A DNA stretch of 33,273 nucleotides from Pseudomonadota bacterium (GTDB lineage: Bacteria > Desulfobacterota > GWC2-55-46 > JADFVP01), in NCBI GenBank assembly GCA_015222595.1, contig JADFVP010000003.1, positions 1-33,273 of the forward strand, written 5' to 3'. The position numbers were made by a program, and so were the translations under genes. Shown here piece after piece: positions 14,088 to 23,008 of the stretch. The notes below the pieces were generated by a model. That model did not search any database, was not told the origin of the DNA, and was given only the letters and a program-made list of their open reading frames with translations. Position 1 is the first letter of the stretch, and every line of letters begins with the position of its first letter.

Positions 14088-16547
14088 ATGGCTCAGGAAC
14101 AGGTTTCCGTCTATATAGAAGACGAGATGAGAAAGTCGTATCTCGACTACGCAATGTCGGTAATAATCGGCAGAGCGCTGCCCGATGTGCGCGACGGGCT
14201 AAAGCCGGTACATCGCCGCATACTCTTTTCCATGCACGAACTCGGCGTTGAGTGGAACAAGCCGTATAAGAAGAGTGCCCGCGTGGTCGGTGACGTAATC
14301 GGTAAGTACCACCCGCACGGCGACTCTGCGGTCTACGACGCCATAACCCGCATGGTGCAGGACTTCTCGCTCCGCTACCCGCTCATAGACGGTCAGGGAA
14401 ACTTCGGCTCAATAGACGGAGACCGCGCAGCTGCAATGCGTTACACGGAAGTCCGCATGGCGCGCCTCACGACCGAGATACTGAGAGACCTCGAAAAAGA
14501 GACCGTAGACTTTGCCCCCAACTACGACGAATCACTCAAAGAGCCCAAGGTGCTCCCTTCGGCAATGCCGAACCTGCTGGTAAACGGCTCCACGGGTATA
14601 GCCGTCGGCATGGCCACAAACATGCCGCCGCACAACCTGACAGAAATAATCGACGCGCTCATCTTAATATCAGAAAAACCGACCGCTACGGCTGCGGAAC
14701 TGATGGCGATAGTACCGGGGCCGGACTTTCCGACAGGCGGCTTTATACACGGCACAAAGGGCATTAAAGAGGCCTACAGTACGGGGCGCGGCATAATACA
14801 GGTTCGCGCGCGCGCAGGCATAGAGAAGAACCCCAGAACCAACCGCCAATCAATAGTCATCACCGAAATACCGTACATGGTCAACAAGACCCGCCTGATC
14901 GAAAACATTGCAGGGCTCGTACGGGATAAGAAGATAACAGGCATCGCAGACGTTCGCGACGAATCCGACCGCGAGGGCATGCGCCTTGTAATAGACCTAA
15001 AGCGCGACGAAGTGGCCGAGGTCATCCTGAACAACCTCTACCTCCATACGCAGATGAAGACGTCGTTCGGCATAATCAACCTCGCTATAGTGGACAACCA
15101 GCCGCGCGTGCTCACCCTCGCTGCACTTCTAAAAGAGTTCCTGCGTTCGAGAAAAGAGGTAGTTACCCGCCGCACCCTCTTCGACCTCAGAAAAGCGAAG
15201 GAGCGGGCCCATATTCTGGAAGGGCTCCAGATTGCGCTCGACAAGCTGGATGCGGTCATTAAACTTATCCGCGCCTCAAAGGGACCGGCGGAGGCGAAAG
15301 AGGGGCTCGTAAAGAAGTTCAAGCTCTCGGTGCTTCAGGCCCAGGCTATTTTGGACATGCGGCTCCAGAGGCTGACCGCGCTCGAAAGAGAGAAGCTGGC
15401 GGCAGAGTACAAAGAGCTACAAAAGCTGATGAAGTCGCTAGGCGAGATACTCGGAAGCGCAACCCGGCTGATGGAAGTAATAACCGACGAGCTGAAAGAG
15501 ATAAAAGAGCGCTACGGCGACGAGCGCAGAACCGAAATTGTAGAGGATCTCGGAGAGATAAACCTCGAAGACATCATAGCCGAAGAGGATATGGTCGTAA
15601 CGATATCGAGCAGCGGGTATATAAAGAGAAACCCGACAAGCCTGTTCGGCATACAGCGCCGGGGCGGCAAGGGCAAGAAGGGCATGACCATGAAGGAGGA
15701 GGACTTCGTCTCCGATCTGTTTATAGCCTCCACGCACTCCCACATTCTCTTCTTTACGGACAAGGGCAAAGCGTACTCGCTTAAGGTCTACGACATACCG
15801 CAGGCCGGGCGCACGGCGCGCGGCAAGGCGATAGTCAATATCTTAAACGTAGAGCCGGGCGAGTCTATTGCCGCCTTCCTGCCGGTAAAAGAGTTCAGCA
15901 AAGACCGCTTTATAGTTATGGCCACAGAGCGCGGCTACATTAAGAAGTCCGACCTGATGAGCTTTTCTAATATCCGCAGCGGCGGCCTGATAGCGCTGAC
16001 CATCGACCCCGGCGACTCGCTCATCTCCACGCGTCTTACCGACGGCACGACAGACCTCTTCATAGGCACCAAGTACGGCCAGGCTATCCGTTTCTCTGAG
16101 AGTGAAGTGCGCGAAATGGGCCGCACGGCGCGCGGTGTAAAGGCGATACGCCTGTCCAAGGAAGACACGGTGGTCTCGATGGAGGTCGTGGAGACAGGGG
16201 CCACGCTTCTTACCGTAACCGAACGCGGCTACGGCAAGCGGACCGGCTTCGACGCATACAGGTGCCAGGGGCGCGGAGGAAGCGGCATAATAAACATAAA
16301 GGTCACGGAAAGAAACGGCAACGTAGTTGACATTGCAAAGGTCGTGGACTCCGATGAACTGATGATAACTACGAGCAAGGGCAAGATAATCCGTATCGCC
16401 ATGAAGGACGTCTCGGTCATAGGCCGCTCTACACAGGGCGTAAAGCTTATGGGCGCGGAGCCGGACGAAGTAATAACCGGACTCGCCTCGCTGGCCGAAA
16501 AGGCCACCGAAGAGAACGACGACACCGAGGGCGGCGACGAGGGTTAG
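14088..16547 (+). CDS. gyrA: DNA gyrase subunit A
   Basis: Diagnostic motifs are [25 protein letters not shown], the [15 protein letters not shown] (Ser/Asp, the wild-type pattern) and the catalytic Tyr in AAMRYTE. C-terminal beta-pinwheel repeats and an acidic tail are present. I prefer the ATG at 14088 with GGAGA upstream over the tracked 14022 start. Confidence 0.97.
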   Translation: MAQEQVSVYIEDEMRKSYLDYAMSVIIGRALPDVRDGLKPVHRRILFSMHELGVEWNKPYKKSARVVGDVIGKYHPHGDSAVYDAITRMVQDFSLRYPLIDGQGNFGSIDGDRAAAMRYTEVRMARLTTEILRDLEKETVDFAPNYDESLKEPKVLPSAMPNLLVNGSTGIAVGMATNMPPHNLTEIIDALILISEKPTATAAELMAIVPGPDFPTGGFIHGTKGIKEAYSTGRGIIQVRARAGIEKNPRTNRQSIVITEIPYMVNKTRLIENIAGLVRDKKITGIADVRDESDREGMRLVIDLKRDEVAEVILNNLYLHTQMKTSFGIINLAIVDNQPRVLTLAALLKEFLRSRKEVVTRRTLFDLRKAKERAHILEGLQIALDKLDAVIKLIRASKGPAEAKEGLVKKFKLSVLQAQAILDMRLQRLTALEREKLAAEYKELQKLMKSLGEILGSATRLMEVITDELKEIKERYGDERRTEIVEDLGEINLEDIIAEEDMVVTISSSGYIKRNPTSLFGIQRRGGKGKKGMTMKEEDFVSDLFIASTHSHILFFTDKGKAYSLKVYDIPQAGRTARGKAIVNILNVEPGESIAAFLPVKEFSKDRFIVMATERGYIKKSDLMSFSNIRSGGLIALTIDPGDSLISTRLTDGTTDLFIGTKYGQAIRFSESEVREMGRTARGVKAIRLSKEDTVVSMEVVETGATLLTVTERGYGKRTGFDAYRCQGRGGSGIINIKVTERNGNVVDIAKVVDSDELMITTSKGKIIRIAMKDVSVIGRSTQGVKLMGAEPDEVITGLASLAEKATEENDDTEGGDEG

Positions 16548-16587
16548 CCCACTCCGCGTGGGCCTCTTCCGCAGAGGGCGTGAATAC

Positions 16588-16780
16588 ATTACAAGCCCTC
16601 AGGGTTTGCGTATCTAACAGACACTTAATAACCACCGTAGTCCGCGCTCAATAAAATCGGCGCAAGCCGCGTCTACTCCGCGTAGAGCGTATATTAATTA
16701 CAAGCCCTCAGGGTTTGCGCATCTAACTAGCATTTAAAAACCACTGTGGTGCGCGCTTGATAAAACGAGCGAAAGCTCCG
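16588..16780. repeat. 109-bp tandem duplication between gyrA and the TPR-lipoprotein gene
   Basis: The sequence ATTACAAGCCCTCAGGGTTTGCG(T/C)ATCTAAC occurs at 16588 and 16697, 30/31 identical. Each copy is followed by a diverged arm that ends in the GCGCT(C/T)(A/G)ATAAAA..GCG(C/A)AAGC motif. Confidence 0.85.
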
Positions 16781-16785
16781 CTGGG

Positions 16786-17685
16786 ATGAGACCTATTTTG
16801 ACCATACGATCCTTTTCACCACTGTCCGGCTTTGCCGGCCCGCTCTTTCCGGTTCTGCTTCTGCTGATAACGCTACTTGCGGGCTGCACAATTAACGAAG
16901 CGAAGAGCACGTACGAAGAGGGCGCAGAACTTCTGAGCAACGGCGAGTACACGGGCGCATTGGCCAAGTTCGACACAGTTGCCCGCAACCATCAAGACTC
17001 TCCCTACGCGCCCAAAAGCCAGTACATGACAGCCACCATCTATTCGCGCAACCTCGGAGAGACGGACAAAGCGAAAGATGCCTACTTCGCGCTCTACTAC
17101 AACTACCCGAAAAGCCCCGAGGCGTTAGAGGCAAGAAAAGACCTTGCCGTAATCTACTCCGACGCGGGCGAGCACGACAAGGCCGTGGTAGAGTACCAGT
17201 GGGTGCACGACAAAAGCCCTGACGAGAGGTATTACTACCGGTACCTCATCGGCATGGAGTATCTTATGATGAACGAGCTAGCGCAAGCGCGTGTGGAGTT
17301 CAACGACCTGCTGGCGCTTAGCACCGAGCCCGAGGCCGACGGAAGCACGCCGATGGCGATAGTGACCGACCTGAAGGCCAACGTCTACTACCAGATAGCG
17401 AGCACGTACTACCTTGAGGGCGACAACGAGGGCGCGATCACAGCGTACGACGACTTTATAGAGCGTTTTCCGGGCCACGCTCTCGTGGTGGAGGCGGGGC
17501 TGAACAAGGCAAAATCGCTCGAAGCCCTGGTACGGCTCGACGAAGCGCTAAGCATCTTAAAGGGCATAGAGGACGATTATCCGAACAAAGAGGCCATAAC
17601 CGCATATATACGCTGGATAGAGAAGAAGATCCGGCAGGGGCCGAGATACTATTCGAGAGATAAAGGGAAGAGGTGGAGAAGGTAA
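16786..17685 (+). CDS. TPR-repeat lipoprotein (BamD/YbgF-like outer-membrane lipoprotein; function uncertain)
   Basis: A signal peptide ends in the lipobox LLAGC. Repeated TPR-like helices follow (YAPKSQYMTATIYSRNLGETDKAKDAYFALYYNYPKSPEA...). The stop overlaps the gpsA ATG (TAATG). Confidence 0.8.
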   Translation: MRPILTIRSFSPLSGFAGPLFPVLLLLITLLAGCTINEAKSTYEEGAELLSNGEYTGALAKFDTVARNHQDSPYAPKSQYMTATIYSRNLGETDKAKDAYFALYYNYPKSPEALEARKDLAVIYSDAGEHDKAVVEYQWVHDKSPDERYYYRYLIGMEYLMMNELAQARVEFNDLLALSTEPEADGSTPMAIVTDLKANVYYQIASTYYLEGDNEGAITAYDDFIERFPGHALVVEAGLNKAKSLEALVRLDEALSILKGIEDDYPNKEAITAYIRWIEKKIRQGPRYYSRDKGKRWRR

Positions 17686-18677
17686 TGGAAAAGGTAACCG
17701 TAATAGGAGCCGGAAGCTGGGGCACTGCGCTCGCGGCGTTGCTGGCCGAAAAGGGGCACGAGGTAGTAATATGGGCCCGCGAGAGCGAAGTTGCCGGGAC
17801 TATAAATAGAGACCACGAGAACAAGCTCTTTCTGCCGCGCGTTCAGCTGCCGCTCTCTCTAAGAGGCTCCGGCGGAATCGAAGAGGCTTTAGAAGGCGCC
17901 GACGTTGTAGTCAGCGCCGTACCGACCCACGGCCTTGCCGATATAATCGGGCGCGCCTCTTCCTTCATCTCAAGTGACACCCCCGTTATAAGCGCCACCA
18001 AAGGGGTCGAGCAGGAGACTCTGAGGCGACCGTCCGAGATACTGACCGAGGTGCCCGGCTCGCCCGAACGGGTCGCGGTCCTATCAGGGCCGACCTTTGC
18101 GCGCGAAGTAGGCAGAAAGCTGCCGACCGCCATAGTCGCAGCATCGAATTCAGAACAAACCGCAAAGAGAGCGCAGGAACTCTTTAGCGACAAGCACTTC
18201 AGGGTCTACACCAACTCAGACATGGTAGGCGTCGAGTTCGGCGGTGCGCTCAAGAACGTAATCGCTATCGCTTCTGGCATCTCCGACGGGCTGCCGCTAG
18301 GCCACAATGCGCGCGCCGCACTAATCACAAGAGGGCTCGCCGAGATGACCCGCTTAGGCGTTGCGCTCGGAGCAGAGACCAAGACCTTCAGCGGTCTTTC
18401 CGGCCTTGGCGACCTAGTGCTCACCTGCACGGGGCCGCAGAGCAGAAACTACTCCGTCGGCTTTTCATTAGGTTCTGGCATCACGCTCGACGAGATAATA
18501 GAGACGACCAACACCGTTGCAGAGGGCGTTAAGACCTCGGTTGCTGTCTCCGCACTTGCCGACAAGCACAATATATCCATGCCGATAACCAAAGCGGTCT
18601 GTGCAGTGCTCTCGGGCAATACCCCGCCCGAAGCTGCCGTTTACGAGCTGATGGCCCGCGACCTAAAAGACGAATAG
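17685..18677 (+). CDS. gpsA: NAD(P)H-dependent glycerol-3-phosphate dehydrogenase
   Basis: The protein has an N-terminal Rossmann motif (VIGAGSWGTALA) and conserved GpsA segments (GPTFAREV, GALKNVIAIA, TCTGPQSRN). I prefer the ATG at 17685, which has an AGGTGGAG Shine-Dalgarno sequence and overlaps the upstream stop, over the GTG at 17673. Confidence 0.93.
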   Translation: MEKVTVIGAGSWGTALAALLAEKGHEVVIWARESEVAGTINRDHENKLFLPRVQLPLSLRGSGGIEEALEGADVVVSAVPTHGLADIIGRASSFISSDTPVISATKGVEQETLRRPSEILTEVPGSPERVAVLSGPTFAREVGRKLPTAIVAASNSEQTAKRAQELFSDKHFRVYTNSDMVGVEFGGALKNVIAIASGISDGLPLGHNARAALITRGLAEMTRLGVALGAETKTFSGLSGLGDLVLTCTGPQSRNYSVGFSLGSGITLDEIIETTNTVAEGVKTSVAVSALADKHNISMPITKAVCAVLSGNTPPEAAVYELMARDLKDE

Positions 18678-18744
18678 CTACTGCGTAGCGGCAATACTGG
18701 TGGGCGCAGCCCACCAGAAAAGACCGCACCCAGCGAAGATTAAT

Positions 18745-18819
18745 ATGGCTTTAAGCCATGCGCTCAATAGAAACAAGCGCAAGCTGTGCTTAATATAAAC
18801 ACCGAAAGGTGCGCGAAGC
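18745..18819. repeat. intergenic repeat element copy (two sub-motifs) downstream of gpsA
   Basis: The two sub-motifs are GCGCTCAATAGAAACAAGCGCAAGC (18760..18784) and GCTTAATATAAACACCGAAAGGTGC (18788..18812). They are homologous to 19638..19688 and to the motifs at 16644 and 16753. Confidence 0.7.
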
Positions 18820-18850
18820 AACATGAGGAATGCAAGAGTAGGGTAGAGAC

Positions 18851-19564
18851 ATGGACGTCAAGCGAATACACAAAAAAATAATGGAAATAGCCGGGAAAGA
18901 GACTCCGGGGAAGATACTAGACGTACCCTGCGGCTCCGGAGTGCTTCTGAAGTATTTTCAGGAAAAGGGATTTGATGCCTACGGGGCGGATATCGACCCG
19001 AGCCGTTTTCAGTTAGATAGTGCGAAGTTCCAAAAAGCCGACCTTAACAATCGCATCGACTACGAAGACGACACCTTCGATTACTGCCTGTGTATCGAGG
19101 GGATTGAGCATGCTTTCAACCCCTACAATGTGGTCAGCGAGCTGTCGAGGGTGCTCAAGCCCGGAGGCACGCTGTACCTTAGCACCCCCAATGTTTGCAG
19201 GCTAAAAAACCGGTTCCACTACTTTTTCACGGGTATCAGCGACATACTCGAACCCGCACCGCTTCCCGTCGAGAGACCCCACAACTTTATGCTCCATGTC
19301 TCAAGCATACCGCTGCCTCAACTCGACTACTTCTGCCGAAGCCACAACTTGGAGATAGAAGAGATATTCGTGGCCCAGTACCATAGCGGCAAGCTCTTCA
19401 CCAGGCTCCTGAAGCCTCTGCTAAGAAGAATGGTCTACAAGGCTTATAAAGGATGCAGGGACAAAGAAGCGGACAAAGTCAGCAGTCGGCTTGCCAGGTT
19501 CATGCTCTCCGACGAGATACTCAACGGCGAGATGCTTATCGTAAAGGCCGTAAAGCATAGATAG
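18851..19564 (+). CDS. class I SAM-dependent methyltransferase
   Basis: Motif I is ILDVPCGSGVL, followed by an acidic motif II (GADID) and the post-I/III segment LKPGGTLYLSTPN. No substrate-specific domain is recognisable. Confidence 0.8.
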   Translation: MDVKRIHKKIMEIAGKETPGKILDVPCGSGVLLKYFQEKGFDAYGADIDPSRFQLDSAKFQKADLNNRIDYEDDTFDYCLCIEGIEHAFNPYNVVSELSRVLKPGGTLYLSTPNVCRLKNRFHYFFTGISDILEPAPLPVERPHNFMLHVSSIPLPQLDYFCRSHNLEIEEIFVAQYHSGKLFTRLLKPLLRRMVYKAYKGCRDKEADKVSSRLARFMLSDEILNGEMLIVKAVKHR

Positions 19565-19637
19565 GCCCTTGTGGGGTGGGCACTGCCCACCCCACAAAGA
19601 CTGCAAAGACTAAAAAAACAACACGACTTTGCGGCTC

Positions 19638-19688
19638 GCGCTCAGTAAAATGAGCGAAAGCTCCGCGCTCAATATAAACAGCGCAAAC
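19638..19688. repeat. intergenic repeat element copy (two sub-motifs) between the convergent methyltransferase and TMTC-like genes
   Basis: The two sub-motifs are GCGCTCAGTAAAATGAGCGAAAGC (19638..19661) and GCGCTCAATATAAACAGCGCAAAC (19665..19688). Confidence 0.7.
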
Positions 19689-19694
19689 TGCAAC

Positions 19695-21497
19695 CTACAA
19701 ATCCTGCTCTATCCGTTCAATTATCGTACACCCTTTGGGCCTGCCCGCCCGGGCTTTATCGCAGACCGGGGCGAGTTCCACAGATATCCACTCATCATAA
19801 GTCTGACGTGTCTTGCCCGGGGCCAGCCCATAGGCTCTCTCAAGGTCAATAAGCGCCGAATCTGCAAGACCCATTCTTGCGTGCAGTAACGCACGATTTA
19901 TTAATGAGTCGAAGTGCCCGGGGTATATCTGCAAGGCACGCGTGAGATCTTCCAGACCTTTCTTGTTAAGCCCTGAGAGCAGATATGCCGTACCACGGTT
20001 ATTAAGGGCCAAAAAGTGCCTTGGGTCGAGTTCTAACGCCCGCGTATTATCGGCTATACTCTCTTTCAGCCCCCCTCTTTCAAGAAATATCATTCCTCGT
20101 ATATAATAGAGATGCGCCAGATCGGGGCTCTTCTCGATATTGTCGCTTATAAAGACCAGCGGATCCTTCCATGTACTGTTTCTTGCTTTAAGCGCGGCCC
20201 CCAGTGGCACGACGGCAAAGGAGATGCATAGGCACAGAGCGACAACGGAAGCTTTTTGCTCCGAACCCCGAAATACCGTTATGGATAGATAAAAAATCCC
20301 GGATGTAAAGGCGGCGATAAGGCCGAAGCCCGGCAGATAGAGCCTGTGCTCGAAGATAACGTCTTTTATCGGAACAACCGAGGATTCAACCGAGAGCGCC
20401 AGAAAAAAGAAGAATATTCCAAAGGCGGCTACAAGGCCGAACGTACCGGCGCACTGTCCGTCTGAGTGCGACCTCAGCGCCCTTTTTAGAATAAGTACGC
20501 CTGCAGAGAGCACGCCCAGGAGAAATGAGAGGCTTAAGAGCGTGCGTACGTTAAAAAATGTTTCGCTTACGGGAAAATCGTAATAAAAGCGAAGGTTTGA
20601 TGGGTAGAACAACAGCCTTATATACTCGACAATGACACTAAGCTCGGTAAACAGATATGTCGTTCTCGGTATGTTGCCAGCTTCTACAAGTTTTGTGCGG
20701 GTTACCTCCGAAACAAGGTCGATGCCTCCCAAATTCTGCGACACCACAAGGAAAGAGGCCGGTATGGTAATCAGTGTCAGTCCGAGCGGAAGGTAGACCC
20801 TCATGCTTCGTCGTATACCCCTGAAAAATATCATATCGTAGAGCAAGATGGCAAAGGGCAGGGTAAAGGCTATCTCCTTTGTTTTCATAGCAAGAAGTGT
20901 GGAAACGACGCAGAAGAAATAATAAAATGTTCCGCCTTTTCTCTCTTCCGACATATCTGATATACGCCCCTTTATAAAGAGGAGCAGGGCTGCTAGATAG
21001 AAGAGTGCGGCAAGAGAAGTGAAGCGCTGGCTCAAGTACGTAACAGCCTGCGTTTGTACGGGATGAGCCATAAATATTAGCGCCGTTACGAAAGCGAAAG
21101 TCGCCTGGAGACTTTTTTTGTCTGTACTTTGAGGTTCTGTACCGCTCAGTTCGCCACTTTGCGGCCTTGCAAATGAGGCCTTCAAAATGTAGAAAACGAG
21201 AAGAGAGTTTGCAAGGTGAATAACGACGTTTAAGAGGTGGTAATCGAAGGCAACGAAGCCCCCGACCGTATAATTTAACGCGAAGGAGAGGTATCCGATA
21301 AAGCGCGGAGCCGATAGCGGCGTGCCGCTAAGTGTGCGCACAGCTAAGTTGTCGAGGATATAAGTTCTGTCGTCGAGCGCAAAGCCAGCCTCAAGCGCTC
21401 CTGCCCAGAGCCAGAAACCGAGGAGAACGATCAGTAAAGGAAAGAATTTACTTAAGCGGTTCACAAAAGAAGTATAGTATATCGTATGGGCCAGCAC
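19695..21497 (-). CDS. TMTC-like GT-C-fold membrane glycosyltransferase candidate with C-terminal TPR repeats
   Basis: The 600-aa protein has about 10 or more TM helices. An acidic first-loop motif (FALDDRTYILDN) is typical of PMT/TMTC (DUF1736-type) enzymes. The C-terminal 150 aa or so are TPR repeats (YYIRGMIFLERGGLKESIADNTRALELDPRHFLALNNRGTAY...). The start is a GTG. Confidence 0.8.
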   Translation of the reverse strand: MLAHTIYYTSFVNRLSKFFPLLIVLLGFWLWAGALEAGFALDDRTYILDNLAVRTLSGTPLSAPRFIGYLSFALNYTVGGFVAFDYHLLNVVIHLANSLLVFYILKASFARPQSGELSGTEPQSTDKKSLQATFAFVTALIFMAHPVQTQAVTYLSQRFTSLAALFYLAALLLFIKGRISDMSEERKGGTFYYFFCVVSTLLAMKTKEIAFTLPFAILLYDMIFFRGIRRSMRVYLPLGLTLITIPASFLVVSQNLGGIDLVSEVTRTKLVEAGNIPRTTYLFTELSVIVEYIRLLFYPSNLRFYYDFPVSETFFNVRTLLSLSFLLGVLSAGVLILKRALRSHSDGQCAGTFGLVAAFGIFFFFLALSVESSVVPIKDVIFEHRLYLPGFGLIAAFTSGIFYLSITVFRGSEQKASVVALCLCISFAVVPLGAALKARNSTWKDPLVFISDNIEKSPDLAHLYYIRGMIFLERGGLKESIADNTRALELDPRHFLALNNRGTAYLLSGLNKKGLEDLTRALQIYPGHFDSLINRALLHARMGLADSALIDLERAYGLAPGKTRQTYDEWISVELAPVCDKARAGRPKGCTIIERIEQDL

Positions 21498-21743
21498 AAG
21501 CCTCTACTAAGCCGGGAAGCTGACCCGGCGCAAAACTTTATATAACGACTCTGCCATAGGGGGTTTGCTTTTGTTTTGTTGGCAGTGCCCACCAAAAGAG
21601 GTTACAAGCGGCAGAATGGTGCCGCTAACGAAAGAACCGTTGGGTTTTGCTCCGCTCTACCCAACCTACCAAAAATTAAAAAAAGACCAAATCAAGCCCT
21701 ATATACACCTATTACTCCCCGTGCGGGCAGCACCGCAAGCTGC

Positions 21744-21772
21744 TTGACACATCCCCCCTCTTGAGTTACTAT
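21744..21772 (+). promoter_or_regulatory. sigma-70 promoter candidate for the aminotransferase-serA operon
   Basis: The box is TTGACA-N17-TACTAT, about 90 nt upstream of the ATG at 21865. Confidence 0.55.
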
Positions 21773-21864
21773 AACTGGTCTGTTTCCATGAAAAAATCGA
21801 AAAAATACGTACACCAAAAACGAACAAAAAATATAAAGACCGACTAAGGAGGAAGTTTCTTATT

Positions 21865-23007
21865 ATGCAGAAAAAGTATCTTTTGGCTCCGGGCCCGACC
21901 CCTGTGCCCGAGTCCGCACTGCTCGCAATGGCAGCACCGATTATCCACCACAGAACCCCCCAGTTTTCGGCTATCTTCAAAGAGGCCGCTTCACTGTTAA
22001 AGTACCTCTTTCAGACTAAGATGGAAGTCCTTATTCTCGCAGCTTCGGGAACCGGCGCAATGGAAGGGTCGATAACCAACACGCTCAGCCCGGGCGACGA
22101 AGTAATCGCCATTAACGGCGGCAAGTTCGGCGAACGGTGGGGCAAGATATCCGAAGCCTACGGCCTGAAGGTTCACTGGATCAAGGTAGAGTGGGGCCAC
22201 GCCGTAGATATTGCCGAAGTAGAAAAGCTGCTTAACGACAATCCAAAGACTCGCGCCGTGCTGGTGCAGGCTTCTGAAACCTCTACGACTGCGACGCACC
22301 CGGTTAAAGAGATAGCCGCCCTTACTAAGGATCGCGACTGCCTGACGATAGTGGACGGCATTACGGCTGTTGGTGTTTTCGACGTGCCGATGGACGACTG
22401 GGGCATAGATATTCTGCTTTCGGGCTCGCAGAAGGCGATGATGCTGCCTCCGGGGCTCGCCTTTGCCGCGCTTAGCGAAAAGGCCTGGAAGTTCAACGAG
22501 ACTTCCACCTGCCCGAGGTTCTACTTCGACTTTGCAAAAGAGAGAAAGAACCTTGCTAACGACACCTCGGCTTACACTCCGGCGACAACGCTGATTACGG
22601 GGCTTCTTGAGTCGATGAAAATGTTAAAAGAGGAAGGCCTCGAAAACGTCTTCGCAAGGCACAACAGACTCGCACGTGCAACGCGCGCAGCCTGCGTTGC
22701 TTTAGGCCTTGAGCTTCTGGCTCCTCGGAACCCGTCCGATGCGGCAACCGGCGCATTCTTGCCAGAGGGCATAGACGGCGGCAAGTTCGTCAAATACATA
22801 CGCGACGGCGTCGGCGTAACGCTCGCAGGCGGTCAGGACCACCTTAAGGGCAAGATAATCCGCATAGCGCACCTCGGCTACGTAGACACATTCGATACCA
22901 TAATCGCCATCAGCGCAATAGAGATGGCGCTCAAAAAGTTCGGCCACAACGTAACGCTCGGCGCCGGAGTAGCGGCAGCGGAAGCGATCTTAGCAGAGGG
23001 TCTGTAG
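21865..23007 (+). CDS. class V (AGT/SerC-like) pyridoxal-phosphate aminotransferase, probably the phosphoserine/serine aminotransferase partner of serA
   Basis: The 380-aa protein has a PLP-lysine motif (SGSQKAMM). A strong AAGGAGG Shine-Dalgarno sequence sits 12 nt upstream. The stop lies 1 nt before the serA ATG. Confidence 0.9.
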   Translation: MQKKYLLAPGPTPVPESALLAMAAPIIHHRTPQFSAIFKEAASLLKYLFQTKMEVLILAASGTGAMEGSITNTLSPGDEVIAINGGKFGERWGKISEAYGLKVHWIKVEWGHAVDIAEVEKLLNDNPKTRAVLVQASETSTTATHPVKEIAALTKDRDCLTIVDGITAVGVFDVPMDDWGIDILLSGSQKAMMLPPGLAFAALSEKAWKFNETSTCPRFYFDFAKERKNLANDTSAYTPATTLITGLLESMKMLKEEGLENVFARHNRLARATRAACVALGLELLAPRNPSDAATGAFLPEGIDGGKFVKYIRDGVGVTLAGGQDHLKGKIIRIAHLGYVDTFDTIIAISAIEMALKKFGHNVTLGAGVAAAEAILAEGL

Positions 23008-23008
23008 C

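Noticed and set aside
15843-16589. A 248-aa ORF antisense to the 3' part of gyrA.
   Set aside because: It is a shadow frame within gyrA and has no motif support.
19695-21497. Low GC of the TMTC-like gene as evidence of horizontal acquisition.
   Set aside because: I spot-counted single 60-nt lines. They gave about 37% GC in the TM-encoding part but about 52% in the TPR part, about 53% in the neighbouring methyltransferase, and about 52% in gyrA. The dip is explained by Phe/Ile/Leu-rich membrane segments, and no mobility genes are nearby. A proper windowed GC and codon-usage calculation was not possible here.
21596-21700. Hairpins (AGCGGCA..TGCCGCT; GTTGGGT..ACCCAAC) checked as a possible tRNA or other small RNA gene.
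   Set aside because: There is no cloverleaf arrangement, no GTTCRANNC T-loop and no D-loop consensus. The same check on the other intergenic regions found no tRNA-like sequence.
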